Counted from the stretch's first letter, positions 6,569 to 17,767 are shown. The stretch: 59,952 nucleotides of DNA from Candidatus Bathyarchaeota archaeon (GCA_963768425.1 CAVYHV010000024.1:1-59952); one strand, 5' to 3'. The notes: generated from the sequence alone by a model not told the origin. Numbers and translations are program-made.

Positions 6569-8356
6569 TTAGACGACTTTTTCCAAGTCAACGATGAAGC
6601 GCTCAAACACTTTGAGGCCGTTCATCCAGAAACTTGGGTCAGCCACGTCAAGGTCCACCATCCTGCCGATCTCAAGAGGTGACACGCTGCTGCCCGCCGA
6701 CAAAACCTTCACAAGTTTAGGCACAAATGATTTGCCTTCCTCCAAGTACCGTTCGTAAAGTGAATAGACGAACATTTGGGCATACACGTAAGGGTAATTG
6801 TAGAAGCGGTAGTTTGCCATGTAGTAATGCGGCTTCATGGTCCACTCCGCCTCCATCTCGGGGAACCAAGCGACAGCGTCGCCATAAATGCGGTCACGCG
6901 CCACTGTCCAATGCCTGCAGATAGTTGGGTAATCAAGGTACTCGCCATCCTCAACGGATTTGTAAAGCGATTGCTCAAACCACACCCGCGCCGTAACCTG
7001 AAACGCCGTCATCCCTGCCTCATCCAGAACCAAACAGAGAACAGCTTTGCGTTGTGAATCTGATTTCGCCTGATCCAAGAGCGTAGCGGTCAACAAGAGT
7101 TCGCCGAAGATTGAAGCTGTTTCAGCCACCGTCGAAGTTACGCTTGTGTTCATGGATGTTTGACTGCGCGACATATAATAATCGTGGGTGGCGTGTCCCA
7201 ACTCATGTGCCAGCGTGTAAACATCGGTAAGAGCGCCGTTGAAACTTTGAAGAACAAATGCGGATTTGCCTCCGTACCAGCTTGCACAGAATGCGCCGTT
7301 GCGTTTCCCAAACCGAGGCGTCGCGTCAATTCGCCGTTGGACAAACATTTCCTCCACAGCTGCGGAGTATTGTGGGTCAAAATGACTGTACGCTTCGATC
7401 ACAAGTTTTCTTGCCTCTTCAAAAGTGAATTTCTCCTCCGGCGCATCTGGCAGTGGAGCAACAATGTCATGGTTGCCCAGTTGAGGCAAACCCATAAGCT
7501 TCGCCTTAAGCTTTAAGTAACGACGATATGCCTCACTTCCGCTTTCTACGGCATGTAATAACTTATCGATTATCACTTGCTCGGTATCATTGTTTAGAAG
7601 GCTGGACTCCATAGGAGACGTGTATTTCCTTCGTTTGGAAATCGTGACCCAGTCATTGCAAATGTTTCTCAAAGCCGAAGAAAAAACTTCATTATCCCTC
7701 CCAAGTAAACCGTAAATCGAGCGGTTCGCAGATTCCCTTGTTGCTCTATCAGAATGAGACAGCAACCCGTTGGCTTCTCCGTAATTAAGTGTCTTTTTTT
7801 CTCCTTTAACAACCACATCGAACATGCGAGTGTTGAGCCACTTGCTCTGCAACTCTTCCCAAGCCTGCACACCGAACTGATCTTTCTCGATAATCAATTG
7901 CTCCTCCGCCTCGCTTAACTGATGGATGACCCGTTTCTTGACGCGCTCCAACATGTGACGATAATTGCTCAAAACAGGTTTAGCGATCAATTCGGGTCGG
8001 GCTTTAACAAACTCACCTAACTCCAACGAAAAAAAAGCCAGTTTCTTGCCCAGTTCTGCCTCAAATTTGCTTACTCTGTCGTAAAGCTTCTGATTTTCTG
8101 GCAAAGTCATGTTAGCTGAAAATAAGAGGCTTGCATAAAGCGAAAGGTTCTCTATTTTGGCGTTGAATTCCTCAAGCTCTCGAAGGCAGCGTAGCAGGAG
8201 AGCGGGATCTAGCTGAACGATTTTTCCTCGATATGCCTTCTCGAAATGATCGACTGAAGTATTTGCCTCATCCATCGCTTTTTCAATGGAAGCATCGGTT
8301 GGACTTGAGAAAAGTCCGTTTAACTCCCACGTTATTTCCTGTTTTTCGCTGGCCAA
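6569..8356 (-). CDS. pepF: Oligoendopeptidase F (M3B)
   Basis: TLAHELGH zinc motif plus GKRNGAFC, AETASIFGE and HYY...FYNYPY. Confidence 0.93.
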   Translation of the reverse strand: MASEKQEITWELNGLFSSPTDASIEKAMDEANTSVDHFEKAYRGKIVQLDPALLLRCLRELEEFNAKIENLSLYASLLFSANMTLPENQKLYDRVSKFEAELGKKLAFFSLELGEFVKARPELIAKPVLSNYRHMLERVKKRVIHQLSEAEEQLIIEKDQFGVQAWEELQSKWLNTRMFDVVVKGEKKTLNYGEANGLLSHSDRATRESANRSIYGLLGRDNEVFSSALRNICNDWVTISKRRKYTSPMESSLLNNDTEQVIIDKLLHAVESGSEAYRRYLKLKAKLMGLPQLGNHDIVAPLPDAPEEKFTFEEARKLVIEAYSHFDPQYSAAVEEMFVQRRIDATPRFGKRNGAFCASWYGGKSAFVLQSFNGALTDVYTLAHELGHATHDYYMSRSQTSMNTSVTSTVAETASIFGELLLTATLLDQAKSDSQRKAVLCLVLDEAGMTAFQVTARVWFEQSLYKSVEDGEYLDYPTICRHWTVARDRIYGDAVAWFPEMEAEWTMKPHYYMANYRFYNYPYVYAQMFVYSLYERYLEEGKSFVPKLVKVLSAGSSVSPLEIGRMVDLDVADPSFWMNGLKVFERFIVDLEKVV

Positions 8357-8480
8357 TTTTTTCGCCTAAGGATTAAATGTTGGTCTGATATTTTGGGTTT
8401 CCCATCTGCTTCATTGAATGTTTGCTTGTTGTTACCACAAGAGTAAAAGCGTTCATACACGGATACATACGGGAGTACGG

Positions 8481-9371
8481 ATGTTGACCCAACACAAAAT
8501 AATTTTAGGTAACAGCCAACAAATGCTCGAGCTCGCCGACGGCAGCGTCCAGTTAATGATTACTTCGCCTCCTTACCCCATGATAAAAATGTGGGACAAT
8601 CTCTTCGTCGGAGAAGCCCCAAGAATTGAGGCACTGTGGCGAAAACTGGAAGCCGACGGAGAAGACGGCGCGGTAGCGCAGATTTACGATGCAATGCACC
8701 TTTACCTCGGAGAAGTTTGGCGGGAAACTTACCGCGTTCTCGCGGATGGTGGAATAGCATGCATAAACATTGGTGACGCAACTCGCACGATAAACGGAAA
8801 ATTCAAGCTTTTCCCCAACCACGCCAGAATTTTGGAGATTTGCGAAAAAATCGGCTTTACCACGTTACCCTACATCCTGTGGAAGAAGCCCACGACAAAA
8901 CCGAAATACAAAGGCAAAGGCGCGTTTTTAGGCTCAGGCTTCCTCCCGCCGAACGCTTACGTTACTTTGGACTGCGAGTTCATATTGCTTTTCCGCAAGG
9001 GTAATCTGCGAAAGTTCCCGCCTAAGGACCCTCAGCGGTACAGCAGTGCATTCACGAAACCTCAGCGCGACGAATGGTTTAGCCAAATCTGGGCTCTAAA
9101 GGGGATCCGGCAAACAGCGAGCGAACTCGAGAGGAGATCTGCGGCTTACCCCGTTGAAATTGCCAACCGCCTCATCAAAATGTTCAGCGTAAAAGGTGAC
9201 ACAGTACTTGATCCATTCCTTGGCTCAGGAACCACGGTTTCATCAGCAATACTGAACGAGCGAAACAGCATTGGATACGAAATGGACCCAGACCTGCTTC
9301 CCATCATAATTAAGAAATTAGCTGGCGACAAATCCAATCTGGCCCCTGAAATTCAAGTAATCAAAAGATAA
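8481..9371 (+). CDS. Site-specific DNA methyltransferase (N4C/N6A, beta-class motif order)
   Basis: Catalytic TSPPY precedes SAM-binding VLDPFLGSGTT; ATG 8481 preferred over 8418. Confidence 0.9.
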   Translation: MLTQHKIILGNSQQMLELADGSVQLMITSPPYPMIKMWDNLFVGEAPRIEALWRKLEADGEDGAVAQIYDAMHLYLGEVWRETYRVLADGGIACINIGDATRTINGKFKLFPNHARILEICEKIGFTTLPYILWKKPTTKPKYKGKGAFLGSGFLPPNAYVTLDCEFILLFRKGNLRKFPPKDPQRYSSAFTKPQRDEWFSQIWALKGIRQTASELERRSAAYPVEIANRLIKMFSVKGDTVLDPFLGSGTTVSSAILNERNSIGYEMDPDLLPIIIKKLAGDKSNLAPEIQVIKR

Positions 9372-9522
9372 AAAGCGAAAGGTATTCTTTTAGATGAATT
9401 TCGTTTTCTTTGGAATTCACCATTTGAGTCAACAAAAGGAAAAATGCATAATCTGTTATATGTCTTCATCGCGTAACTTTTTAATACAACTTGGTCGAGT
9501 AGAGGACAAAGAGCTGTAATCA

Positions 9523-9840
9523 TTGGGCAAAAAAGATTCAAGCAATAGTGACCTTTTGAAGTTTAGGAATGTTTCCCGACGGTTTAACTTGTCAAGCAAA
9601 CGTGCCAAAAGCCAAATTGCTAAGGATCGTTTTGCTTTTGACCAAACCATGCAGGGACATGATTGCAGCAAAATTCGCCAAGGCGGCGACTTTGTCGTGC
9701 AGAAACGCGATTTTTTTGGAAATAAGGTTGGTGAGCCCACAATTTTTGAAGTTAAAACAGGCACTTCTCAGCTGTCTGATGCGCAGGTGGAAAGGCGCCG
9801 GAAATTAGGACCAAAGCGTTACAAGATTGCTCGGTACTAG
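9523..9840 (+). CDS. Small PD-(D/E)XK-like nuclease-fold protein
   Basis: GGDFVV...IFEVKTG..QLSDAQ resembles the D...EVK core of Hjc/VRR-NUC-like nucleases. Confidence 0.55.
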   Translation: MGKKDSSNSDLLKFRNVSRRFNLSSKRAKSQIAKDRFAFDQTMQGHDCSKIRQGGDFVVQKRDFFGNKVGEPTIFEVKTGTSQLSDAQVERRRKLGPKRYKIARY

Positions 9841-10232
9841 TTATCTATTGTTTGGAATCATTACAAACTGGTTGTTTTTTCAGAATATCTTCTTGTTTTC
9901 TTAGAATTCTTCGATGTAAGCTAACGTCTGAGTTGATTGATTTTTCCTGTGAATCTGATTCTATGCCGTTTATTGCGATTTGATCAGCGCAGCGGCAACC
10001 TCAAAAAATTTTTTGATGTATGGCTCTATGAAAGTTTAGGCGTCCTTCGCTTTAAGCTCAATACTCATGATAAGGTTTATTAGTGAGCTCCGTAGCATGT
10101 CTTTGTGCCTTTAGAAAAGTTAGGAGAAATTTTTTTCAAGTTGGATAATCCCCGCATCATTGGAGTTGAAAGCTTGAACAAAACAGACCTAACAATATCA
10201 CAAAATGTTAAAGTTATTGGAGAAATGTTGAA

Positions 10233-13200
10233 GTGACTGCAACTATCCAGAAAGAAGATATCCACGATTTATTGAAAACCTTTTTCAAAGAAAAAGGCCT
10301 TGTCAGGCAACATCTTGACAGCTACAATGAATTTATCGACCATGGCTTACAAGAAGTGACCGATGAAGTCGCTGAAATCCCCATAGAAGTTCCAGAAAGC
10401 CCCTACAAGGTGAAACTTGGGCAAATATGGGTAATTGACCCTCAATCAAGAATAACTGGTCCATACGTCACCGAAGTAGACGGGACAAAACATGAAATTT
10501 ACCCAATGGAAGCCCGTCTGAGAAACTTGGCTTATTCGGCTCCTATTGCGCTGGAAATGACTCCAGTTATCGACGGAAGAGAACAGGATACCGAACTAGT
10601 TTACATCGGCAACATCCCTGTAATGCTTAAATCGAAACTTTGCTTCCTCTCGCAACTTTCACGAGAAGAACTCATCGCCGCTGGAGAAGACCCAGACGAC
10701 CAAGGCGGCTACTTCATCGTTAACGGCTCCGAACGCGTTATCGTCGCCATGGAAGACCTGGCACCTAACCGCGTAATTGTGGACATAGATGAAAAAGGAA
10801 CATCGCCTGTTTATCAAGCAAAAATTTTCTCAACCACAGTCGGCTTCAGAGCCAGAATCGAACTTAAGCTCAAGTCAGACGACGCAATCTACGTCACCAT
10901 GCCTGGAGTGCCTACCGAAATTCCATTCGTCGTCATCATGCGTGCCCTTAGTTTAGAAAAAGACAAGGAAATCGCAGAGGCAGTTTCACTAGATAGCGAC
11001 ATGCAAAGCATGCTTGCCGCTTCATTCGAAAAAGCTATCGGCGTCGACACCCCAGCGGACGCAGTTCTATTCATCGGCAACCGTGTAGCCCACGGACAAG
11101 TTGAAGAATATAGGCTGCAGAAAGCTGAAACCGCTCTTGACAAGAACTTTTTGCCCCATCTTGGCAGAAGCGAAAAAAACCGCAAAGAAAAAGCAATTTT
11201 CCTCGGTGAAATGGCTTATCGCGTTTTGCAATTGAAGACGGGCAAAAGGCAACCTGACGACAAAGACCACTTTAAAAATAAGCGCCTGCGTCTCGGCGGT
11301 CCACTTCTAGCAGATCTTTTCCGCGTTTCATTCAGAAACTTAACTAGAGACATAAAGTACCAGCTTGAGCGCATAGGTGTTAAAGGCCCAATAATTACTG
11401 TTTCAGCCGCTGTGCGTCCGGGAATAATTACCGAGCGGTTCCAGCATGCTTTGGCAACGGGCAACTGGGGTAGAGGCAGAGTGGGTATTACTCAGCTACT
11501 TGACCGAACTAACTACATTTCAACGCTGAGTCATCTGCGTAGGCTTCAATCGCCGTTGAGCAGAAGCCAACCTAACTTCGAAGCCAGAGACTTGCACCCA
11601 ACCCACTGGGGGCGATTATGTCCAAATGAAACGCCTGAAGGCTCCAACTGCGGGCTCGTAAAGAATCTTGCGCTGTCAGCTTCAATTGCAGTCGGCGTAA
11701 ACCCAGATAGAGTTAAACAATTACTTTTCGAAATGGGAACCGTTCCTGCAGCAGAATCCTCTACTGATCTGCGCATTTCAGGAGCCAAAGTTTTCGTTGA
11801 CGGAAACATAATTGGGTACTGCAATAACGCAGGCGAGATTGTGAAGTCCTTCCGCGAAAAAAGAAGAACAGGCGAAATCTCAACAGAAGCCAACGTGACA
11901 CATTTCACAAAGCAGCAAACAGAAAATGAAGAATTACACGCTAACTGTGACGAAGGCAGAGTCAGGCGGCCACTCGTAATTGTTGAAAACGGTGTTTCTA
12001 AACTTCAGTCTAAGCACATGGAAAAAATCGGTTTAGGCGAATGGACTTGGGAAGACCTCGTCAAAAACGGCTTAATTGAGTATTTGGACGCTGAAGAAGA
12101 GGAAAACGCTTACATAGCCTTAACCTTTGACCAGATTCAACCCGATAACACCCACGTTGAAATAGCCACGTACACGATTCTAGGTATATGCGCCTCAACA
12201 ATCCCGTATCCTGAACATAACCAGTCGCCACGCAACTCATACCAAGCAGCCATGGCAAAACAAGCTTTAGGAGTTTACGGCACCAACTTCCATCATCGCG
12301 TCGACTCACGTTCACACATACTTCATTACCCACAAGTTCCGATGGTTGAAACCGAACTAATGGAGGTAATGGGTTACAAGCAGCGCCCAACAGGGCAAAA
12401 CTGCGTTGTCGCGGTGCTAAGCTTCGAAGGCTACAACATGGAAGACGCGCTCATATTCAACAAAGCGTCAATCGAACGAGGCTTAGCCAGATCAACATTC
12501 TACCGTATCTACGAAGCTGAATGCCGCCAGTACCTCGGAGGCTTAAAAGACAAATTCACCGTTCCAGAACCAGGAACCCGAGGATATAGGGGAGAACAAT
12601 ACTACAGGCTTCTGGAGCCCGACGGGATAATCAGCCTTGAGTCGCAAGTTGTCGGCGGAGACGTATTGATTGGAAGAATCAGCCCTCCAAGGTTCCTTGA
12701 AGAATACAAGGAATTCGAAGTCAAAGGACCCTCTATGCGTGACACATCCGTTGACATGCGTCCATCCGAAACAGGAATTGTGGATGGCATATTCATAACC
12801 ATGTCAGGCGAAGGCAGCCAACTCGTAAAAGCAAGAGTCCGCGATCAGCGGGTCCCTGAACTAGGAGACAAATTTGCTTCAAGACACGGACAGAAAGGAG
12901 TTATCGGCTTAATCGTTCCACAGGAAGATTTACCCTTCACAGATGATGGCCTTGTCCCTGACCTAATAATCAACCCTCACGCAATCCCCTCAAGAATGAC
13001 CATCGGACAATTCATAGAATCACTCGCAGGAAAAGCAGCGTCAGCAAGAGGTAGACCAGCAGATGGCACACCATTCAGCAACGAAGGACCCGACGAGATC
13101 CGCAAAAGCCTCGTGAAATTGGGTTTCAGCCACACCGGCGGAGAAGTCTTCTACAGCGGTACTACAGGCGAGAAATTCGTTGCAGACGTCTTCGTAGGCG

Positions 13201-13601
13201 TAGTCTACTACCAGAAACTGCATCACATGGTCGCTGACAAAATCCACGCAAGAGCAAGAGGACAAGTGCAAATGTTGACACGGCAGCCAACTGAAGGCAG
13301 AGCTAGAGGCGGAGGCTTAAGATTCGGAGAAATGGAGCGAGACTGCCTCATCGGACACGGCGCAGCCATGCTTCTAAGAGACAGGCTTCTTGAGGAATCA
13401 GACAAGTACACGCTGTATATCTGTGAGAACTGCGGGCAAATCGCTTACTTCGACATGAAACAAAGACGCTATGTCTGCCGAATATGCGACGAGAAAGCAA
13501 AGATTTCACCAGTCATCGTCTCGTACGCTTTCAAGCTTCTTTTGCAGGAGCTTCAAAGCTTGTGTATTACCCCTAAACTAAGGCTTAAGGAGAAAGCATA
13601 A
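10233..13601 (+). CDS. rpoB: DNA-directed RNA polymerase subunit B (unsplit Rpo2)
   Basis: GYFIVNGSER, GDKFASRHGQKG, GGLRFGEMERD and a C-terminal Zn ribbon. Confidence 0.99.
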   Translation: MTATIQKEDIHDLLKTFFKEKGLVRQHLDSYNEFIDHGLQEVTDEVAEIPIEVPESPYKVKLGQIWVIDPQSRITGPYVTEVDGTKHEIYPMEARLRNLAYSAPIALEMTPVIDGREQDTELVYIGNIPVMLKSKLCFLSQLSREELIAAGEDPDDQGGYFIVNGSERVIVAMEDLAPNRVIVDIDEKGTSPVYQAKIFSTTVGFRARIELKLKSDDAIYVTMPGVPTEIPFVVIMRALSLEKDKEIAEAVSLDSDMQSMLAASFEKAIGVDTPADAVLFIGNRVAHGQVEEYRLQKAETALDKNFLPHLGRSEKNRKEKAIFLGEMAYRVLQLKTGKRQPDDKDHFKNKRLRLGGPLLADLFRVSFRNLTRDIKYQLERIGVKGPIITVSAAVRPGIITERFQHALATGNWGRGRVGITQLLDRTNYISTLSHLRRLQSPLSRSQPNFEARDLHPTHWGRLCPNETPEGSNCGLVKNLALSASIAVGVNPDRVKQLLFEMGTVPAAESSTDLRISGAKVFVDGNIIGYCNNAGEIVKSFREKRRTGEISTEANVTHFTKQQTENEELHANCDEGRVRRPLVIVENGVSKLQSKHMEKIGLGEWTWEDLVKNGLIEYLDAEEEENAYIALTFDQIQPDNTHVEIATYTILGICASTIPYPEHNQSPRNSYQAAMAKQALGVYGTNFHHRVDSRSHILHYPQVPMVETELMEVMGYKQRPTGQNCVVAVLSFEGYNMEDALIFNKASIERGLARSTFYRIYEAECRQYLGGLKDKFTVPEPGTRGYRGEQYYRLLEPDGIISLESQVVGGDVLIGRISPPRFLEEYKEFEVKGPSMRDTSVDMRPSETGIVDGIFITMSGEGSQLVKARVRDQRVPELGDKFASRHGQKGVIGLIVPQEDLPFTDDGLVPDLIINPHAIPSRMTIGQFIESLAGKAASARGRPADGTPFSNEGPDEIRKSLVKLGFSHTGGEVFYSGTTGEKFVADVFVGVVYYQKLHHMVADKIHARARGQVQMLTRQPTEGRARGGGLRFGEMERDCLIGHGAAMLLRDRLLEESDKYTLYICENCGQIAYFDMKQRRYVCRICDEKAKISPVIVSYAFKLLLQELQSLCITPKLRLKEKA

Positions 13602-13602
13602 C

Positions 13603-16600
13603 ATGTCACAACAGGAAGAATTAATCCATAAGATAGTCGACGAAATCTCGTTCGGCTTAATTTCACCGAAAGACCTGCGCAAGCAGTCGGTAGTTGAAAT
13701 CCAAACCCCTGACACTTACGACGAAGACGGAGCACCCATCACCGCCGGCTTAATGGACGGCAGACTAGGCACCCTTGAGCCAAGGCAACGATGTAAAACA
13801 TGCGGAAACACAGCTATCCGATGCCCAGGACACTTCGGACACATCGAACTTGCCGTACCAATCGTGCATATTGAATTTACCAAAATCATTTTTGACCTTC
13901 TAAAATCAACCTGCCGTAGCTGCGGACGCATACTCTTAACTGAAGACGCTGCCAAGAAAGCCCGACAACGTATCGAACGGCTCAACGAACTTTTAGGAAC
14001 TATTCCCGATGAAACTTACAAAGAAATCATGACTGAAATAAAGGCTAAACAATGCCCTTACTGCGCGTCAGCCCAATTCAAAATCACTTTTGAGAAGCCG
14101 ACAAAGTTTATCGAACAAACTGAAGCAGGCTCCGAGCCTTTGACTCCAAGCATGATCAGGGAAAGGCTCGAACGCATTTCTGACGAAGACTTAGAAGTCT
14201 TAGGCTTTAACCCGAAAGTTGCACGTCCTGAATGGATGGTTCTTCAGGTTCTGCCTGTTCCTCCAGTTTACGTTCGTCCATCAATCACACTTGAGTCAGG
14301 TATCCGCTCTGAAGATGACTTAACTCACAAACTCGTAGACATCATTCGCATTAACCAGCGTTTGAAAGAAAACATGGAAGCAGGTGCCCCTACGCTAATC
14401 ATCCAGGACCTCTCCGAGCTGCTCCAGTATCACGTTACCACATACTTTAATAATGAAGCTTCAGGTATCCCGCCCGCAAGGCACCGCAGCGGAAGAGCAC
14501 TAAAAACTCTCTCTCAAAGGCTCAAAGGCAAAGAAGGACGTTTCAGAAGCAACCTTTCAGGTAAGCGAGTCGACTTCTCCGCACGCACAGTCATTTCTCC
14601 AGACCCAAACCTTGACATAAACGAGGTCGGTGTACCCGTCGACGTTGCCATGCGGCTTTCTGTTCCAGAAAAAGTCACAGCTTGGAACATAGAAGAAATG
14701 AAAAAACTTGTCATTAACGGCCCAGAAAACTACCCTGGCGCCCTATACATCATCAGGCCAGACGGAAAACGCATCAGGTTGGAGTTCGTTGTTGACAGAA
14801 CCAAAATCGCAGAAGCCGTAGAGTTGGGCTTCGTGGTCGAACGGCACCTTAAGAACGGCGACATCGCAATCTTCAATCGGCAACCGTCGCTTCACCGCAT
14901 GTCAATCATGGCTCATTACGTCAGAGTTTTGCCCTACAAAACTTTCCGCCTACACCTATGTGTCTGCCCTCCATACAACGCAGACTTTGATGGCGACGAA
15001 ATGAACCTTCACGTTCCACAAAGCGAAGAAGCCCGAACTGAAGCGCTGCTTCTTATGCAGGTTCAAGACCAAATCCTTTCACCAAGATTCGGCGGACCCA
15101 TCATTGGCGCCATCAGAGACTTTATCACAAGCGCATACTACTTTACAAGAAAAGGCAACTATATAGGCAGAGATCAAGTCGACAGGCTGCTCACAGCAAC
15201 CGGCTATACCGACGAACTTCCAGAACCAGAAATCAAAGAACCCGTACCAATGTGGTCAGGAAAACAAATCTTTAGCCTCTACCTGCCGAAAACGTTGAAT
15301 TACGTTTTGAAAGCCAACATTTGCCAGGGATGCACGAAATGCGAAGAAGAAGAATGCAAACATGATGCGTACGTTGTGGTTAGAAACGGACAATTGGTTT
15401 CTGGAATCATCGACAGGCGTTCAATCGGTGCAGAGCAATCCGAAAGCTTACTTCACAGAATAATCAAGGATTACGGTACACAAGCTGGGAGACAATTCCT
15501 CAACAACATAACGCACCTTCTGAAATTATACATTTCAATGCGAGGTTTCAGTTACACCTACGAACAACTGGTTCTTTCACCGAGAGCCCGCAACCGCATG
15601 GCCAAAACAATGGAACGCATCCAAAAGAAAATCGACGAACACATTGTAAACTTCCAAAATGGCACTCTACCACGCCTGCCAGGTCAAACACTCGAGGAAT
15701 CCTTTGAAATCTACGTTATGCATGAACTCGCAGTAGCCAGAGACGAATCGGGCAAAATAGCAGACGAAGACTTCACATTAGAAAACGCCGGCATCGTCAT
15801 GACCCGAACAGGTGCAAGAGGCTCAAGCCTTAACATTGGTCAGATGGCTGCTTGCGTTGGACAACAGTCGGTCCGAGGCAAACGTATCCTAAGAGGATAC
15901 TCGGGACGAGCATTGCCGCACTTCAAAGAGAACGACCCACTTCCAAGAGCAAGAGGCTTCGTCTATAACTCTTACCAATCAGGCTTAGACGCAATCGAAT
16001 TCTTCTTCCACGCTATGGGAGGCAGAGAAGGACTAGTCGACACAGCCGTCCGCACACAACAAAGCGGCTACATGCAGCGCAGGCTAATCAACGCGCTAGA
16101 ACACATACGCCTCGAATACGACAGCACCGTCCGCGACTCAGCAGGCGACATTATCCAATTCCGCTACGGAGAAGATGGTGTTGACCCCGCAAAAAGCGAC
16201 CATGGAAAAGCAGTTAACGTCAGCAGACTTATCGACCAGATAAAAATCGGCCAGGAAAAAGGAGAAGTCGCATCCGCCGAAGAAATCAAGAAACAGCTCA
16301 AAAAAGTCGAACTTCAACTTACCCCGATCTTACTGAACCAACTAAAACAGAACTTTGCAAAAGGTAAGCTTACCGCAAAAAGCGTAGAAAAAGCCACGTC
16401 ATCAACTGCAGACCAATACAAACGTGCCCTGATGGAGCCGGGTGAAGCAGTGGGAATTGTCGCTGCACAATCAATCGGTGAACCAGGCACACAGATGACT
16501 CTCAGAACCTTCCACTACGCAGGAGTCAAAGAACAAAACGTAACCTTAGGCTTACCTAGGCTCATCGAAATCGTGGATGCTCGCAGGATACCCTCAACCC

Positions 16601-17439
16601 CAATCATGACAATCTACCTGATGCCTGAACACGCAAAAAGCAAAGAAGGAGCTGTTGAAATCGCAAGAAACATAATCTACACCTCTGTCGAAAACTTGGC
16701 TTCTGCAATATACGAAGACCCGGTACGCGAAGAAATCATAATTGAACTAAACAAATCTATGATGGATGACAGAGGCATAACCATGGAACTGCTAAATGAG
16801 CGGTTACAACTGCAGAACGCAACCGTAACAGTCACAGATTCTACTGTTGAAATTAAACCCAAGAAAGCTGAACAGCTAAAACGCATGCTTGGCAAGATTC
16901 CTGGCTTCCAGGTTAAAGGCGTACCCGACATTAAACGTGTACTCGTAACCGAAGAAAGCGGCGAATGGGTGATACGTACTGACGGCTCAAACCTGTCAAA
17001 AGTCTTAGAGGTCGAAGGCGTAGACACTTCACGAACAACCACCAATAACATCCACGAAATAGCTAAAACCTTAGGCGTAGAAGCATCACGAAACGCACTC
17101 GTCCATGAAGCTAAAGGAGTCCTAGAAGATCAAGGATTAGACGTAGACGTGCGTCACGTAATGCTCGTTGCAGACATGATGACGACAACAGGAGACGTGC
17201 AGCAAATCGGCAGACACGGCATCAGCGGCAAAAAAGCAAGCGTTCTAGCGCGCGCCGCATTCGAAATCACAGTTCCTAACATTATTGAAGCGGCCGTGAA
17301 AGGTGAAAGTGACCCCTTGGCAGGAGTAACCGAAAACGTTATAGTTGGGCAGTCGATACCAATCGGGACTGGCTTAGTTGAATTATACATGTCAACATTC
17401 GAAAAGACAGAAAAAGAAGGAGGAAAAACCGAATCATGA
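13603..17439 (+). CDS. rpoA: DNA-directed RNA polymerase subunit A, A' and A'' in one ORF (Rpo1)
   Basis: YNADFDGDEMN (A') and AAQSIGEPGTQMTLRTFH / GVTENVIVGQ (A'') lie in one 1278-aa frame. Confidence 0.99.
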   Translation: MSQQEELIHKIVDEISFGLISPKDLRKQSVVEIQTPDTYDEDGAPITAGLMDGRLGTLEPRQRCKTCGNTAIRCPGHFGHIELAVPIVHIEFTKIIFDLLKSTCRSCGRILLTEDAAKKARQRIERLNELLGTIPDETYKEIMTEIKAKQCPYCASAQFKITFEKPTKFIEQTEAGSEPLTPSMIRERLERISDEDLEVLGFNPKVARPEWMVLQVLPVPPVYVRPSITLESGIRSEDDLTHKLVDIIRINQRLKENMEAGAPTLIIQDLSELLQYHVTTYFNNEASGIPPARHRSGRALKTLSQRLKGKEGRFRSNLSGKRVDFSARTVISPDPNLDINEVGVPVDVAMRLSVPEKVTAWNIEEMKKLVINGPENYPGALYIIRPDGKRIRLEFVVDRTKIAEAVELGFVVERHLKNGDIAIFNRQPSLHRMSIMAHYVRVLPYKTFRLHLCVCPPYNADFDGDEMNLHVPQSEEARTEALLLMQVQDQILSPRFGGPIIGAIRDFITSAYYFTRKGNYIGRDQVDRLLTATGYTDELPEPEIKEPVPMWSGKQIFSLYLPKTLNYVLKANICQGCTKCEEEECKHDAYVVVRNGQLVSGIIDRRSIGAEQSESLLHRIIKDYGTQAGRQFLNNITHLLKLYISMRGFSYTYEQLVLSPRARNRMAKTMERIQKKIDEHIVNFQNGTLPRLPGQTLEESFEIYVMHELAVARDESGKIADEDFTLENAGIVMTRTGARGSSLNIGQMAACVGQQSVRGKRILRGYSGRALPHFKENDPLPRARGFVYNSYQSGLDAIEFFFHAMGGREGLVDTAVRTQQSGYMQRRLINALEHIRLEYDSTVRDSAGDIIQFRYGEDGVDPAKSDHGKAVNVSRLIDQIKIGQEKGEVASAEEIKKQLKKVELQLTPILLNQLKQNFAKGKLTAKSVEKATSSTADQYKRALMEPGEAVGIVAAQSIGEPGTQMTLRTFHYAGVKEQNVTLGLPRLIEIVDARRIPSTPIMTIYLMPEHAKSKEGAVEIARNIIYTSVENLASAIYEDPVREEIIIELNKSMMDDRGITMELLNERLQLQNATVTVTDSTVEIKPKKAEQLKRMLGKIPGFQVKGVPDIKRVLVTEESGEWVIRTDGSNLSKVLEVEGVDTSRTTTNNIHEIAKTLGVEASRNALVHEAKGVLEDQGLDVDVRHVMLVADMMTTTGDVQQIGRHGISGKKASVLARAAFEITVPNIIEAAVKGESDPLAGVTENVIVGQSIPIGTGLVELYMSTFEKTEKEGGKTES

Positions 17440-17750
17440 TAGATATAGATAAGGCATTAGCGTCAGCCGTTAAAACAGGCAAGGTATCTTTCGGAGCAAA
17501 CACTGCTTTGCAAAACGCTAAAACAGGAAAGGCTAAGATGATTGTTTTAGCTTCTAACTGTCCAAAAACCATAAGAGAACAGATAGAATACTATGGAGAA
17601 ATCTCTAAAGTCCCAGTAGTAACTTACAAAGGTGGCTCTATGGATCTGGCTGAAGTCTGCAAAAAACTCTTTATCATTTCAGCCATGAGCATCCGCGAAA
17701 CAGGGGACTCCGACATTCTCAAAATAACAGAGGAACAACCAGAAGAATAA
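17436..17750 (+). CDS. rpl30e: 50S ribosomal protein L30e
   Basis: AVKTGKVSFG, GKAKMIVLASNCP and GDSDI; conserved position after rpoA. Confidence 0.97.
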   Translation: MIDIDKALASAVKTGKVSFGANTALQNAKTGKAKMIVLASNCPKTIREQIEYYGEISKVPVVTYKGGSMDLAEVCKKLFIISAMSIRETGDSDILKITEEQPEE

Positions 17751-17767
17751 AAAATGGAGGAAAAAAA

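Noticed and set aside
6381-6572. 63-aa ORF on the plus strand
   Set aside because: It is an antisense translation of the tRNA-Leu gene. 3319-3645 similarly reads through a tRNA fragment.
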